This document shows, in pieces, positions 12,862-25,261 of a stretch of 64,000 bases of DNA; position 1 is the first letter of the stretch, and each line of letters starts with the position of its first letter. Source of the DNA: Octopus sinensis. Lineage: Eukaryota. The stretch spans positions 91,264,001 through 91,328,000 of the forward strand of contig NC_043002.1 in NCBI RefSeq assembly GCF_006345805.1, given 5' to 3'. A model generated the notes under the pieces. That model had not been told where the DNA came from, ran no database searches, and worked only from the letters and a program-made list of their open reading frames with translations. The position numbers and the translations under genes were made by a program.

Positions 12862-13272
12862 GGATTTTTTCGGTTTGAACGGCAGTTTTTTCTAGCGGTG
12901 TCATATGAAATTGCCACCCATGATTATGACCCTAGTATCGATCTATTGCATTTCAATCTGTTTTAGGGTTAGGGTTAGGGGTGGGTATCTTTTTTTTCTT
13001 CACGAATGTAAATAAACCCAATCTGTTTCTTAAACGAGGGACATATTCATACGGCATAGAATGTTTTTTTTTACCTCAATAGACGTCACTGATTGGTTGA
13101 AATTGCAGAAATTGAAGAAAAAACAACAAATAGCTTACAAACTATAGAATTTTCTCAATAAAGCCAAGAAAAAAAGATGTTTTATAAACACATTCTACTA
13201 GTATACGAAGTTTAAAATTTTTTAGTTACCTAGAAATTATGTTAAAAACTGCCGTTCAAACCGAAAAGATCC
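12862..13272 (+). mobile_element. MITE with GG..CC termini and 8-bp TSD (Merlin-like)
   Basis: TIR GGAT(C/T)TTTTCGGTTTGAACGGCAGTTTT; TSD CTTTTTTT at 12854-12861 and 13273-13280; second copy at 47015. Confidence 0.85.
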
Positions 13273-13809
13273 CTTTTTTTTATAAAGGAAGTGCCATTTG
13301 GAGGTGAAAGTGTGCGCTGAACAAGACAAGGTTGAAAACCACTAACTCATAGTACAATGAGGACAATGAGAGTCATAGCAAAAACATTGCTGCTGTCGTC
13401 ATCATCGTAATTGCTGTTAGAAATTTTTCCCCGATTTGTGTTACAACACTGTTATCAGATTTTCAGAATGTTTTCTAGTCTCACGAAATAAATAAAGAAG
13501 AAAAGAAAGACAAACGTTCCAGTATTCAAACCTCTTGTTGTTTGGATGATATGAGAAAATCATGGAAAAATTCGATGTAAACACGAAACGACAATATCCT
13601 GACAGCTAGCTGAGCTCAAAGGAGTAGAATTAAGTACCCTGCAGAGAGTAGCAGCAGCGAGTTTAAAATTATGATTTAGAATTGATCGTCTATTACATTA
13701 TCTATCAGGCTATTTCGTCTATACTTAATTACGAAAGCACAGAAGGAATAAAGAAGGAGAACAATTGCACAGGGGGCACTGAGTAGATTAACCAATAAAA
13801 TTAATTTTA

Positions 13810-14312
13810 GAAACCCATGCAAATAGAAATCATCAAATGTTGTGGAGTCAGAGACAAAAACAGAACCGGTCCTGAAGGAAAAGATCTTTATTCACAGGAA
13901 AATGTCAAAATACGAATTGCCTTACGTTGTATACAAAGTGAGAATACAGATATATATATCAATCGCTTGATTTGCCGGCTCCAGTGGGATGTGAAAACAT
14001 ACGAAACTGGTAACAACACCGAAGACCATTGCGCGTCCATTACTTTTACAGAGCACGTCATAGTCTCCAAATAGCAACGTTGTCACCAAGATTTTTCTCC
14101 ATTACATCCCTTCTCTTGGACAATAACGTGAGACCTCTTACAATGCTTTTTACCCCAGGAAAGAATGTTGACAATAACTTATAATGTATATAAACTATAT
14201 CTATGCAGTTATCACATGGGAGAAACCAATATTTTAAAAGTTTTGTGGGAACCGTAGTATGCATTTTCTTCACCTTATTCATTACTATAATGGAAGAAAT
14301 GAAGAAATCTTC
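13810..14312 (+). mobile_element. Possible very old LINE reverse-transcriptase remnant (RTE-like)
   Basis: IALRCIQSE..YINRL resembles ISLLSI.GK..ILNRL; FKSFVGTVVCIFFTLFITIMEE resembles F.V.VGV.QG.VLSP.LFIIVME. Confidence 0.35.
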
Positions 14313-14330
14313 AACTGTTCTATATATATA

Positions 14331-14747
14331 CTCTCTTTTACTCTCTTTTACTTGTTTCAGTCATTTGACTGAGGCCATGCTGGAGCACCGCCTTTAATCG
14401 AGCAACTCGACCCCGGGACTTATTCTTTTTGTAAGCCCAATACTTATTCTATCGGTCTCTTTTGCCGAACCGCTAAGTGACGGGGACGTAAACACACCAG
14501 CATCGGTTGTCAAGCAATGCTAGGGGGACAAACACAGACACACAAGCACACACGCACATACAAATATATATATATACATATATACGACAGGCTTCTTTCA
14601 GTTTCCGTCTACCAAATCCACTCACAAGGCATTGGTCGGCCCGGGGCTATAGCAGAAGACACTTGCCCAAGGGGCCACGCAGTGGGACTGAACCCAGAAC
14701 CATGTGGTTGGTTAGCAAGCTACTTACAACACAGCCACTCTTGCGCC
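14331..14747 (-). mobile_element. SINE family B (tRNA head, CORE-like CCTTGGGCAAGTG, internal TA/GT microsatellite, AAAAGAGT tail)
   Basis: Multi-copy in window; head GGCGCAAGAGTGGCTGTG on the minus strand. Confidence 0.9.
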
Positions 14748-15606
14748 TATATATATATCTTTATATTATCTTTTATCTTTTAATTGTTTCAGTCAATAGA
14801 CTATGGCCACGCTGGGGCACTGCGCTATACATATATATATATATATATGTTATTTTTATTGTATTATTAATTTGCATATTGATGTATATTGTTTTGTTCG
14901 ATTTTCATGTTCCTATTTATATAATTAATAAATAATATGAAATTGTAATATCTGTAAGTTGATGTTCGAAATGAATTTGTTCCTCCATTTTCTTATTTGT
15001 ATTATGAATTTACGGTAAAATATTTTACCTTCACCCATCCAATACAATAAATGAATTAATTGCATTGTAATTATAAGCATTTATGTATTCAGTATTTGGG
15101 AGCTTTACCAGCAGTATATTGGATAACTGATATCCCATAGTGGGTTACCCTCATAACCCCTATCTTACTTTGTACAATATATATATATATATATATATAA
15201 TATATATATATATTAAAATTATTAATTTTAGATTAATAATTATAATATAATATATTTAATTTATTTCTATGTGGGTATTATAGATAATATCGTTTCAGTA
15301 TTGATTGAATTACTAAATAGCGGTTTGTCTCTAAATTCTCTCTCTCTCTATATATATAGGAGGTTGAACGGAAGATCGTGGTTTGAATTCTTAGATCGGT
15401 TGGGGTGTTGTGTTCTTCATCTCACTTTGCTCTGTGATCACTTAAACACCTGATATATAGTACACCATGCACTTGATAACTATAAACAAATTTGATAACT
15501 ATAAACAAATCATTTGTGCTGGTCGTTTGGCAAGCTGAACGCTCATACGCCGTCTTCGACGGGCGAGTCCATTATATATAAACAGATAGATAGATATTCA
15601 CATACA

Positions 15607-15813
15607 CGAGGGGGTACTAAAAAGGTCCTGGTTTGGAGTAAAAGAAAATACTCAATCATGATTTTATTCAACATGATTCCCTTTCAGATTCACAAATTCA
15701 TTGCAGCGGTCGTTCAGTTTTTCTAAGCCCTTTAAAAGAAGCTCGGATTGTTGAGCCCCCAACCAGGCCTTTCACAGTACCCTTAACACCGGGAACTTTT
15801 TAGCAACACCTCG
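15607..15813. mobile_element. Mariner-type MITE (~207 bp)
   Basis: CGAGGGGGTACTAAAAAGGTCCTGG vs rc CGAGGTGTTGCTAAAAAGTTCCCGG; TA at 15814-15815. Confidence 0.7.
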
Positions 15814-15816
15814 TAC

Positions 15817-15901
<85 letters not shown>

Positions 15902-15914
15902 CCTTTATATATAT

Positions 15915-16084
15915 CTCCTTTTTTTCTCTCCTCGTTTCTCTCCTTGTTTTTTTCTGTTTACCTTTCTGTAAAAGAGCGTACGCTCGAAACGTAAAAGACT
16001 TTTTCTATTCCTGAGCGCTATACTAATACATCTGTTTGTTTTGTACACCACCTGTCTTCGTCTTTTGTTTCTTTCGTAAACTTT

Positions 16085-16088
<4 letters not shown>
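15915..16088 (+). mobile_element. Short Penelope-like terminal-repeat derivative in (TA)n
   Basis: Hammerhead-like motif; layout shared with 63014-63183; GIY-YIG fragment just downstream. Confidence 0.6.
15962..15997 (+). ncRNA. Degenerate minimal hammerhead-ribozyme-like motif
   Basis: CTTT-CTGTAAA-A-GAGC(GTAC)GCTC-GAA-ACGT-A-AAAG: stems I and II pair, palindromic stem III; core deviates from CUGANGA. Confidence 0.45.
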
Positions 16089-16133
<45 letters not shown>

Positions 16134-16154
16134 GTGTGTGTGTGTGTGTGTGTC

Positions 16155-16300
16155 TGTTTGTATAGGATGTGGTGGAGACTACATTGGTCAAACTAGTTTG
16201 ACCCTGAGGGACAGACTAACGGTGCACAGACAAAAAATCCGGGAGCCCGCGACCAGGAAAATTTCCGTAAGCAGAAACCTAGATCAATGCCCCGCAAACA
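16155..16300 (+). pseudogene. Penelope-like GIY-YIG endonuclease fragment
   Basis: CIGCGGDYIGQTSLTLRDRLTVHRQKIR. Confidence 0.8.
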
Positions 16301-16345
16301 TAAACCCACGATAGGTGAACCGCGATATGGCGAGGGATTACTGTA
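16300..16345 (+). mobile_element. One end of a pogo/Tigger-like MITE
   Basis: CCACGATAGGTGAACCGCGATATGGCGAGGGATTACTG-TA matches the right end of 61475-61684. Confidence 0.65.
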
Positions 16346-17072
16346 TTTAGATACATGCATATAGTGCCCACCACTTTCGCAGGATATCTTCTGACTGATT
16401 GGATTAATACGGCTGGTATTCAGCTTTAGCACGTTTTGGGAGATGTTTTTCTTTCACGGTCTGAGAGGTTAGACATAAGGAAAAGTGACTGAACGAGCGG
16501 ACCTGACTGAAGAAAATATGTATGTATATAGTTCCATAGTTCTGACGAATAAACGGTTGCCTCCATAAGGTAAATTTCCTGGGATATACATAAATCAGCT
16601 ACTATCTGAAACAATATTTTTTAGATAAAATCAAAATTATGATGGTAGTCGTTGTATTCCGAGAAAGACGATTTTGCAAATTCTGGCTAAACAATCAGCA
16701 CAAAGGATTTGTCTGTAGTAATCAAATATTTGTGCTGTTCATTAGTTTAACCCCTCCATCAGATCGACGTTGCCTGAGCACATGTACAGTGTACTATGCA
16801 TCAGGAGTCGAAGTGATCAGAGAGCAACGCGAGATGAAGTGTTTTGCTCAAGAACACAACGCGTCACCCGGTCCAGGAAGGAATTGAAGCACCTTAGAGC
16901 ATGCGCGCTCGCATAAAAGTTATAGGCACCCATACTATTACCATTAGCATGGCTCTATTCCTTTTTTTATTGTAAAACACGCGTAGTATTGGAATGAAAT
17001 AACCAGGAATATAATCTGAAACCGAATTTCGACACTCGTTGAAATGGTTTCGCATCCTGTTCTATATATATA

Positions 17073-17489
17073 CTCTCTTTTACTCTCTTTTACTTGTTTC
17101 AGTCATTTGACTGAGGCCATGCTGGAGCACCGCCTTTAATCGAGCAACTCGACCCCGGGACTTATTCTTTTTGTAAGCCCAATACTTATTCTATCGGTCT
17201 CTTTTGCCGAACCGCTAAGTGACAGGGACGTAAACACACCAGCATCGGTTGTCAAGCAATGCTAGGGGGACAAACACAGACACACAAGCACACACGCACA
17301 TACAAATATATATATATACATATATACGACAGGCTTCTTTCAGTTTCCGTCTACCAAATCCACTCACAAGGCATTGGTCGGCCCGGGGCTATAGCAGAAG
17401 ACACTTGCCCAAGGGGCCACGCAGTGGGACTGAACCCAGAACCATGTGGTTGGTTAGCAAGCTACTTACAACACAGCCACTCTTGCGCC
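17073..17489 (-). mobile_element. SINE family B (duplicate of the 14331 copy)
   Basis: Near-identical to the 14331 copy. Confidence 0.9.
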
Positions 17490-18498
17490 TATATATATAT
17501 CTTTATATTATCTTTTATCTTTTAATTGTTTCAGTCAATAGACTATGGCCACGCTGGGGCACTGCGCTATACATATATATATATATATATGTTATTTTTT
17601 ATTGTATTATTAATTTGCATATTGATGTATATTGTTTTGTTCGATTTTCATGTTCCTATTTATATAATTAATAAATAATATGAAATTGTAATATCTGTAA
17701 GTTGATGTTCGAAATGAATTTGTTCCTCCATTTTCTTATTTGTATTATGAATTTACGGTAAAATATTTTACCTTCACCCATCCAATACAATAAATGAATT
17801 AATTGCATTGTAATTATAAGCATTTATGTATTCAGTATTTGGGAGCTTTACCAGCAGTATATTGGATATACATAAATCAGCTACTATCTGAAACAATATT
17901 TTTTAGATAAAATCAAAATTATGATGGTAGTCGTTTGTATTCCGAGAAAGACGATTTTGCAAATTCTGGCTAAACAATCAGCACAAAGGATTTGTCTGTA
18001 GTAATCAAATATTTGTGCTGTTCATTAGTTTAACCCCTCCATCAGATCGACGTTGCCTGAGCACATGTACAGTGTACTATGCATCAGGAGTCGAAGTGAT
18101 CAGAGAGCAACGCGAGATGAAGTGTTTTGCTCAAGAACACAACGCATCACCCGGTCCAGGAAGGAATTGAAGCACCTTAGAGCATGCGCGCTCGCATAAA
18201 AGTTATAGGCACCCATACTATTACCATTAGCATGGCTCTATTCCTTTTTTTATTGTAAAACACGCGTAGTATTGGAATGAAATAACCAGGAATATAATCT
18301 GAAACCGAATTTCGACACTCGTTGAAATGGTTTCGCATCCTGAATTAATGGTTTTGGTAAATATTTGAGCGCTTCAAGCAACCTGTCTTTCCCATCTGTG
18401 AAATACTTCTAGGGTTTCATGCAACCCAAACAGGAAATGCTTGATTCTACATCATGGCGCCTACATTTCCTTAAACCGTTTCATATATGTGTGTGTGT

Positions 18499-18529
<31 letters not shown>

Positions 18530-18555
<26 letters not shown>

Positions 18556-18582
18556 AGTGTGTGTGTATATATAGATATATAG

Positions 18583-18629
<47 letters not shown>

Positions 18630-19165
18630 ACTTTCAGTTCACTGCTGAGTTCAGCTTTTCACATTGCCAGCGATATTCAGCAGGTTCCATCCGGAAAAAG
18701 AGAGATATCGCTTTACTATATAACATATTAAAAGCTTCAGTAACCTCAAACAGATTAGAAGGCAAAATGATAATGAATAAAAAGGGAAATTAATTTGAAA
18801 GTATTCCGTGCCACAGTATAATCACCTCCATAAGTGTGTGTCTGTGTATGAGAGAGAGAGAGAGAGACAGAGAGACAGAGACAGAGAGAGAAACAGAGAG
18901 ACACAGAGACAGAGAGAGAAACAGAGAGACAGAGAGTGTGTGTATGTGTGTGTACATGAGAGAAGAAACGGAGAGTGTGTCTTTGTGTATGTGCTTGGAA
19001 CCGCCATCTCTTGATAACCGTTGTTGGTTTATTTCCGTTCTCGTAACATTAGCCGTTCAGCAAAAAAGAGCAATAAACTAAGTACCAACTTTGTGTGTGT
19101 GTGTGTGTGGTGTGTGTGTGTGTGTGAGTGTGTGTGTATATATAGATATATAGATATATAAATAT

Positions 19166-19225
<60 letters not shown>

Positions 19226-19690
19226 TATAAACTTTCAGTTCACTGCTGAGTTCAGCTTTTCACATTGCCAGCGATATTCAGCAGGTTCCATCCGGAAAAA
19301 GAGAGATATCGCTTTACTATATAACATATTAAAAGCTTCAGTAACCTCAAACAGATTAGAAGGCAAAATGATAATGAATAAAAAGGGAAATTAATTTGAA
19401 AGTATTCCGTGCCACAGTATAATCACCTCCATAAGTGTGTGTCTGTGTATGAGAGAGAGAGAGAGAGACAGAGAGACAGAGACAGAGAGAGAAACAGAGA
19501 GACACAGAGACAGAGAGAGAAACAGAGAGACAGAGAGTGTGTGTATGTGTGTGTACATGAGAGAAGAAACGGAGAGTATGTCTTTGTGTATGTGCTTGGA
19601 ACCGCCATCTCTTGATAACCGTTGTTGGTTTATTTCCGTTCTCGTAACATTAGCCGTTCAGCAAAAAAGAGCAATAAACTAAGTACCAAC

Positions 19691-19730
<40 letters not shown>

Positions 19731-19767
19731 TGTGTGTGTATATATAGATATATAGATATATAAATAT

Positions 19768-19827
<60 letters not shown>

Positions 19828-20294
19828 TATAAACTTTCAGTTCACTGCTGAGTTCAGCTTTTCACATTGCCAGCGATATTCAGCAGGTTCCATCCGGAAA
19901 AAGAGAGATATCGCTTTACTATATAACATATTAAAAGCTTCAGTAACCTCAAACAGATTAGAAGGCAAAATGATAATGAATAAAAAGGGAAATTAATTTG
20001 AAAGTATTCCGTGCCACAGTATAATCACCTCCATAAGTGTGTGTCTGTGTATGAGAGAGAGAGAGAGAGACAGAGAGACAGAGACAGAGAGAGAAACAGA
20101 GAGACACAGAGACAGAGAGAGAAACAGAGAGACAGAGAGTGTGTGTATGTGTGTGTACATGAGAGAAGAAACGGAGAGTATGTCTTTGTGTATGTGCTTG
20201 GAACCGCCATCTCTTGATAACCGTTGTTGGTTTATTTCCGTTCTCGTAACATTAGCCGTTCAGCAAAAAAGAGCAATAAACTAAGTACCAACTT

Positions 20295-20316
<22 letters not shown>
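18530..20316. repeat. Tandem triplication of a ~601-bp unit bounded by (GT)n
   Basis: Repeated ORF starts 18808/19409/20011 (spacing 601, 602); one G/A difference in the non-microsatellite portion. Confidence 0.95.
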
Positions 20317-20327
<11 letters not shown>

Positions 20328-20914
20328 AAGAGAGAGAGAGAGAGATATGTTTACGTGTGTTTGGATGTGTTTGTTTGTTTGTGTGTGTGGTGCGTGTGTG
20401 TGTGTGTCTGTGGTGCGTGTGTGTGTGTTTGTATGTGTGTATGTGTGTAAATGTGTGTAATAACAAGTTCAGTATTACGATAATTACCATCAAGGAAAAA
20501 GCTTGTTCCAAAACGCAGCTCATACCTTATTTCTCTCTCCCTCTCTTTCTCTCCCTTTCTCTCTCTCTCTCTCCCTCTCTCTCTCTCTCTCTGTCACACA
20601 TCCGCCCGTGTGCACTAAGCTCTGGAAACTGAAAGTCACTTTATATTTCAAAACTTACAAAATATTTAGAAAATCAGCAAAAAGACTGACCTTCCATTGC
20701 CAAATACAGCCCTAAGACTCAACACCTAAGTCTATTTAAAGCACCATTATATGAGAGAGTTATTTACTGCCATGTTAATAAAAACAGCAACTGCTCAACC
20801 AACACCTACACACTTCCGTAGACACACACACACACACACACACATCCATACACACACGCATACAAACGCACACACATACACAGGTATATATATGTATATA
20901 TGTGCATGTATTAT

Positions 20915-21120
20915 ATTGTAAAATTCGTATTGGTTTGGACTATTACGTTTTGCCTGGTGGTGTATTCAACCAGACTGGTTGAATAAGCCGTCAGGCAAAA
21001 CTTAGGATACCAGTCAATGCTAATTTTATAATAATTTTCACTCTATTCTTGTATTGACTCCTAAAATTCAGTAAATAGACGTTCTATTGTTATTCTTAAA
21101 TTAGCTTTAGAATAAGAAAC
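20915..21120. repeat. Palindromic ~205-bp element, copy 1 (imperfect hairpin 20915-21032)
   Basis: Core TATTCAACCAG-A-CTGGTTGAATA flanked by GTTTTGCCTG/CAGGCAAAAC. Confidence 0.75.
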
Positions 21121-21299
21121 CGATTGTACACACACAGCACTTACACACACACGTACGCACATACACAGGTGTATGTATGTATGTATGTATGTATGTATGT
21201 ATGTATGTATGTATGTATGTATGTATGTTTGTATGTATGTATGTATGTTTGTATGTATGTATGTATGTATATATGTATGTATGTATGTGCACTCATCAT

Positions 21300-21503
21300 A
21301 TTGTAAAATTCATATTGACAACGACTTTACGTTTTGCCTGGGGGCGTATTTAAGCAGAGTGGCTGAATAAGCCGTCAGGCGAAACTTAAGATATCACTTA
21401 ATACGAATGTTATAATTTTTACTTCATTCTTGTATTGACTCCTAAAAAAAATCAGTAAATGGATATTCTGTTGTTGTTCTTAAATTAGCTTTAAAATAAG
21501 AAC
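21300..21503. repeat. Palindromic element, diverged copy 2
   Basis: Colinear with copy 1, separated by (TATG)n. Confidence 0.75.
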
Positions 21504-21506
21504 TCA

Positions 21507-21551
<45 letters not shown>

Positions 21552-22489
21552 TATTTATAGCAGTAAATAAGTGATTGTCGCCATTGATTCCCCGGGCCTT
21601 TATGTTAGAGTGCACACACACACACACACATCTTGTACTCATGCACCCAAGTTGTGAACACCAACACGTCTTGAGCACTTCTATAAGTATGAAAGAGAGT
21701 CACGCTTTCGTTTCTTCTGCTAAATTACCATCATAGAAAAACCCAATTCATTTGAATGAAACGGTACTTTTGGATAGTCTAAAATAGTGGGTGATGTAGA
21801 CACTTGAAGCTCTAGTTCTGAGAAAAGCGGTCAAAACACTTGAACAGAATCTGTATAACGGTCAGAAGCGAACATAAATGTGGAAAACGTCTTTCTGTAG
21901 ACAACTGCATCAATTTATTAACGGTATATATAAGTCAAACTGGTTATGTTAAACTATATCAAGGTCATAACGAAATTTCTAATGCAGAAGTGTTAAATAA
22001 AAGACAGCAGAATAATACAGAAAAAAGAAGAGGAAGTATAAACTTGAAATGAGGAAAAGATATTAGAATTATGAGTGGGAAACCAATAAATATAAGTACT
22101 TCACACACTTACGTTTGAATGGCAGCAGAATTCTTGTGGAAGATTTTCTGTTTAAAAACTGTAAGACTGCGTTTAATAGTAGTAAGAATTTGTGAATCTT
22201 AAGAAATATTGGTCAATTTGTGTTTCCTTTAATAGAAGCACATTATAATATATTGCTTCCATTTGAATTGTCACAAGTCTATTAGAGGAAAAGTTATATA
22301 ATCTTATGATTCTGCCATGATATATTACTGGTACATATTTTTCGATTAATCGTTTCAGTTAAGAGCTTGCAGTGTTTTAATTGCAGTTCAAGGAAAGTAC
22401 AAGGTAATTAACAAACTACATTGCCAGGTAAATGAGTGACACAAACGAATCTAAAGATTCAATAACTATTATCGACTATGTTAAAACTG

Positions 22490-22920
22490 GTTTCAAATGT
22501 TGGCACAAGGCCAGCAACTTCGGGGGGGGTGTAAGTCGATCATTGACTCTAGTGATGAACCAGTACTTATCTTAACGATTCCGAAAGGATAAAAGACAAA
22601 GTCGACCTCGGCGGATTTTGAACTCAGAACATAAAGATGGACGAAGTGCCGCTAAGCATTTGGTCCGGTGTGCTAACGGTTCTGCCAGCTCGCCGCCTTA
22701 TGGCCACGTTAATATGAATTTCATGTTTTGGGATAAGGCCAGCAAATTTAGAGGTAAGGGGCTAGTCGATTACATCGACCTTAAGTACTTGACTGGTACT
22801 TATTTTATCGACCTCAAAAGGATGAAAAGCAAAGTCAACCTCGGTGGAATTTGAGCTCAGAAGGTAAAAGGCTACTAAGCATTTTGTCCGATGTGCTAAT
22901 AATTCTCCGAGCTCACCGCT
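22490..22920 (-). mobile_element. Two tandem older SINE-A-related copies with a GGCACAAGGCCAGCAA-type tail
   Basis: GAAAGGATxAAAGxCAAAGTCxACCTCGG core twice; heads end near 22697 and 22920. Confidence 0.75.
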
Positions 22921-23399
22921 TAATGACTACATTAATAATAAAATAAATATTTTGGTTTATATTAAGGTGATGACAGACAAATTTAACTTCAATAAGCTTG
23001 AAATTACGTACTGTGAAGCATTTAGCTCCTTAATCACCGTGGTCTTCTTCACCTTTGAGCTATATGGTATAATTGTTCATCTCTGTATTGAAAAAGATGG
23101 TGTTATATTCTTTCTACTATTTTAGTTCTCAACCTATTGAGTATTTTAATATATTATTTCACGTCGATATCAACTGTATGTACGTGGGAAAGTATCACTC
23201 TTATGGTTAAATGAATTCTTTTTGTAATCGCACAATTTCAAATTCGACGTCACAATACAATGCTTTTGGCTATGAACCCCAGGAGTAAAATTAGATAAAA
23301 ATGAAACAGAAACAATATATTTCACATTGATATACTTGGTGTGTATTCTTGAGTGCTGAACTCAAATAGTCATCCGGTTTAGCACCATAATTGAGTATT

Positions 23400-23720
23400 C
23401 TTAGTAGTGCCCACTTTTTGAGTTCAAACTATATCATGGCAGAACTTAGGATACCTTCATCTGAATTCACCTTTAGGGTGCCTCTCGTAGAATCAATTAT
23501 TAGCGTGCCTTTAGTAGACCTTATCATTAGGGTGCCTTGAGTAGGGCCCATCTTTAGGTAGATTTAGTAGTGTTCATCATTAAGGAGCTTTCAGCAGAAT
23601 GCACGTTTAGGGTATCTTTTGTTCAGTCCACTCTCTTGCGAGAATTTAGAGTAGGCCTCGTGTATGAAGATAACTCATGAATAGTATTTTCATCGCCCTT
23701 CATAAGCCCCACTCTCTGAG
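23400..23720. repeat. Degenerate 27-bp minisatellite
   Basis: TTAGGGTGCC-like anchors at 23446, 23473, 23500, 23527, 23554, 23580, 23607. Confidence 0.75.
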
Positions 23721-24954
23721 GTCTAGAATAATAGTATGGTTTCCCTCATTCCTACTCTGACTATGCTTGTAAGAAATTAATATAACCCTAGTATAACTAA
23801 AGACATTTTAAACATCATGGAAACCCCCCATCGGTTTGCGTTGAATTTCACAATAAAACTGAAGTTGAAAACCACACTAAATGCCGAGTGAATACTTTGC
23901 TATGGTATTTTACTGAATTTCGTAAAAATAGTCAAACGAACTATTTGGTGCTTAAATTCTTATTTGGCTTCAAACAATGAAGTATTTCGAAATTAACGAG
24001 TTGCTTTGAAGAAGTCGTAATGTTACCATTACTATAGTGATAATATTTTAAATTTAGAATCTCTAAAAGTCACACTGTAGTTTATATTACAGATATAGTC
24101 AGAATTTTCAACAACAACAAAAAAATTTCGAAATCACAAGTGATAAAATATTCAAGATGTCATGCTGTATCGATTCTTTTTCCGCCTTTGTTGATAATAA
24201 AATATTTATATACTGTCTGCTTTCTTAGAATTTCTTATTATTGGTATTAATGTCCTTACTTATAATGAAAAAAACCTACGATAGCTTACTTGTTATTAAA
24301 AATCTTGAAACATGAAATAATTCTCATCTCTTTCCTATTATTTACCCTTATATGTGTGTGTGTACGTGTGTGTGTGTGAGTGTATGTGTGTGTGTAAGCG
24401 TGCATGTGTATGAGTATGCACGCACGTACGTGTATGCATATATGCAAACATACTTTCACTCACATATGTGTGCATATATGTATGTATGTACAAATATGCA
24501 TATATACAGTCTGAAAGTCGTTAGAGCATCGAATAGGATAACGGGCTAATCATTCTAACTCTACTTTACGGGTTCAAACGCAGCAGGAAGTTCCAGTGAC
24601 AGAATTGTTAAAGCATCAATTGATATTTCTATATAGTAGCAAGTGGCAAATGATACTGATAATTAAGTTTTTCATCATGAGGTTCCTCTCTGCTATACAC
24701 AAACTGCATCTTATTGTTCCATATGTCTGTGTTCTGCATCTCTTAAGTATTATGCAGTTATAATGAAATTAGGTGTATGTTCTTTTATATACCGGATCTA
24801 ATTGGGGAATGTTGCAATATTCCTCCTTATCTATCTGAAGAATGTATTTATGTCTCGAATCTTTCTGTTTTTATCTTGATGATTAGTTATTTTCTGAAAT
24901 TGGTATGAAACTTGAAAGACTAATGTTTGATCATTAATGGACTATATCATATAC

Positions 24955-25090
24955 TGGCGGCAAGCCGGCAGAATGTTTAAAGCCTCTTCACGTTTAAATT
25001 CCGCCGAGGGCGACTTTTCCCTTCATTCTTTTGGGGTCGATGAAATAGGTACCAGTTGAGCACTGGGTTGATTTAATCAACTTACCCTTC
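24955..25090 (+). mobile_element. Degenerate SINE-A-related copy
   Basis: AATTCCGCCGAGGGCGACTTTTCCCTTCATTCTTTTGGGGTCGAT. Confidence 0.7.
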
Positions 25091-25166
25091 CTTGTTCTAC
25101 AATTTCAAATACTTACTTTGAGTACCCTATATTTGTTGATGCGAACATCTACAACTGATAGTGAAT

Positions 25167-25225
<59 letters not shown>

Positions 25226-25261
25226 GAGTGAGACAGGGAGAGAACATGATATATGTGCATA

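Larger units (their letters stand above)
14315..18342. repeat. Recent local duplication A-X-B-A'-B' (A 14315-15125, B 16582-17059, A' 17057-17868, B' 17864-18342)
   Basis: Copies near-identical; junction microhomologies CTG and GGATA. Confidence 0.9.

Noticed and set aside
12963-12980. Telomere or chromosome-fusion scar
   Set aside because: Only three units, inside a MITE present twice
14507-14935. Recurrent ORF RQASFSFRLPNPLTR
   Set aside because: Antisense reading of SINE-B
15472-15511. 19-bp tandem duplication TTGATAACTATAAACAAAT (also a 13-bp one near 6278-6303)
   Set aside because: Ordinary slippage or repair duplication
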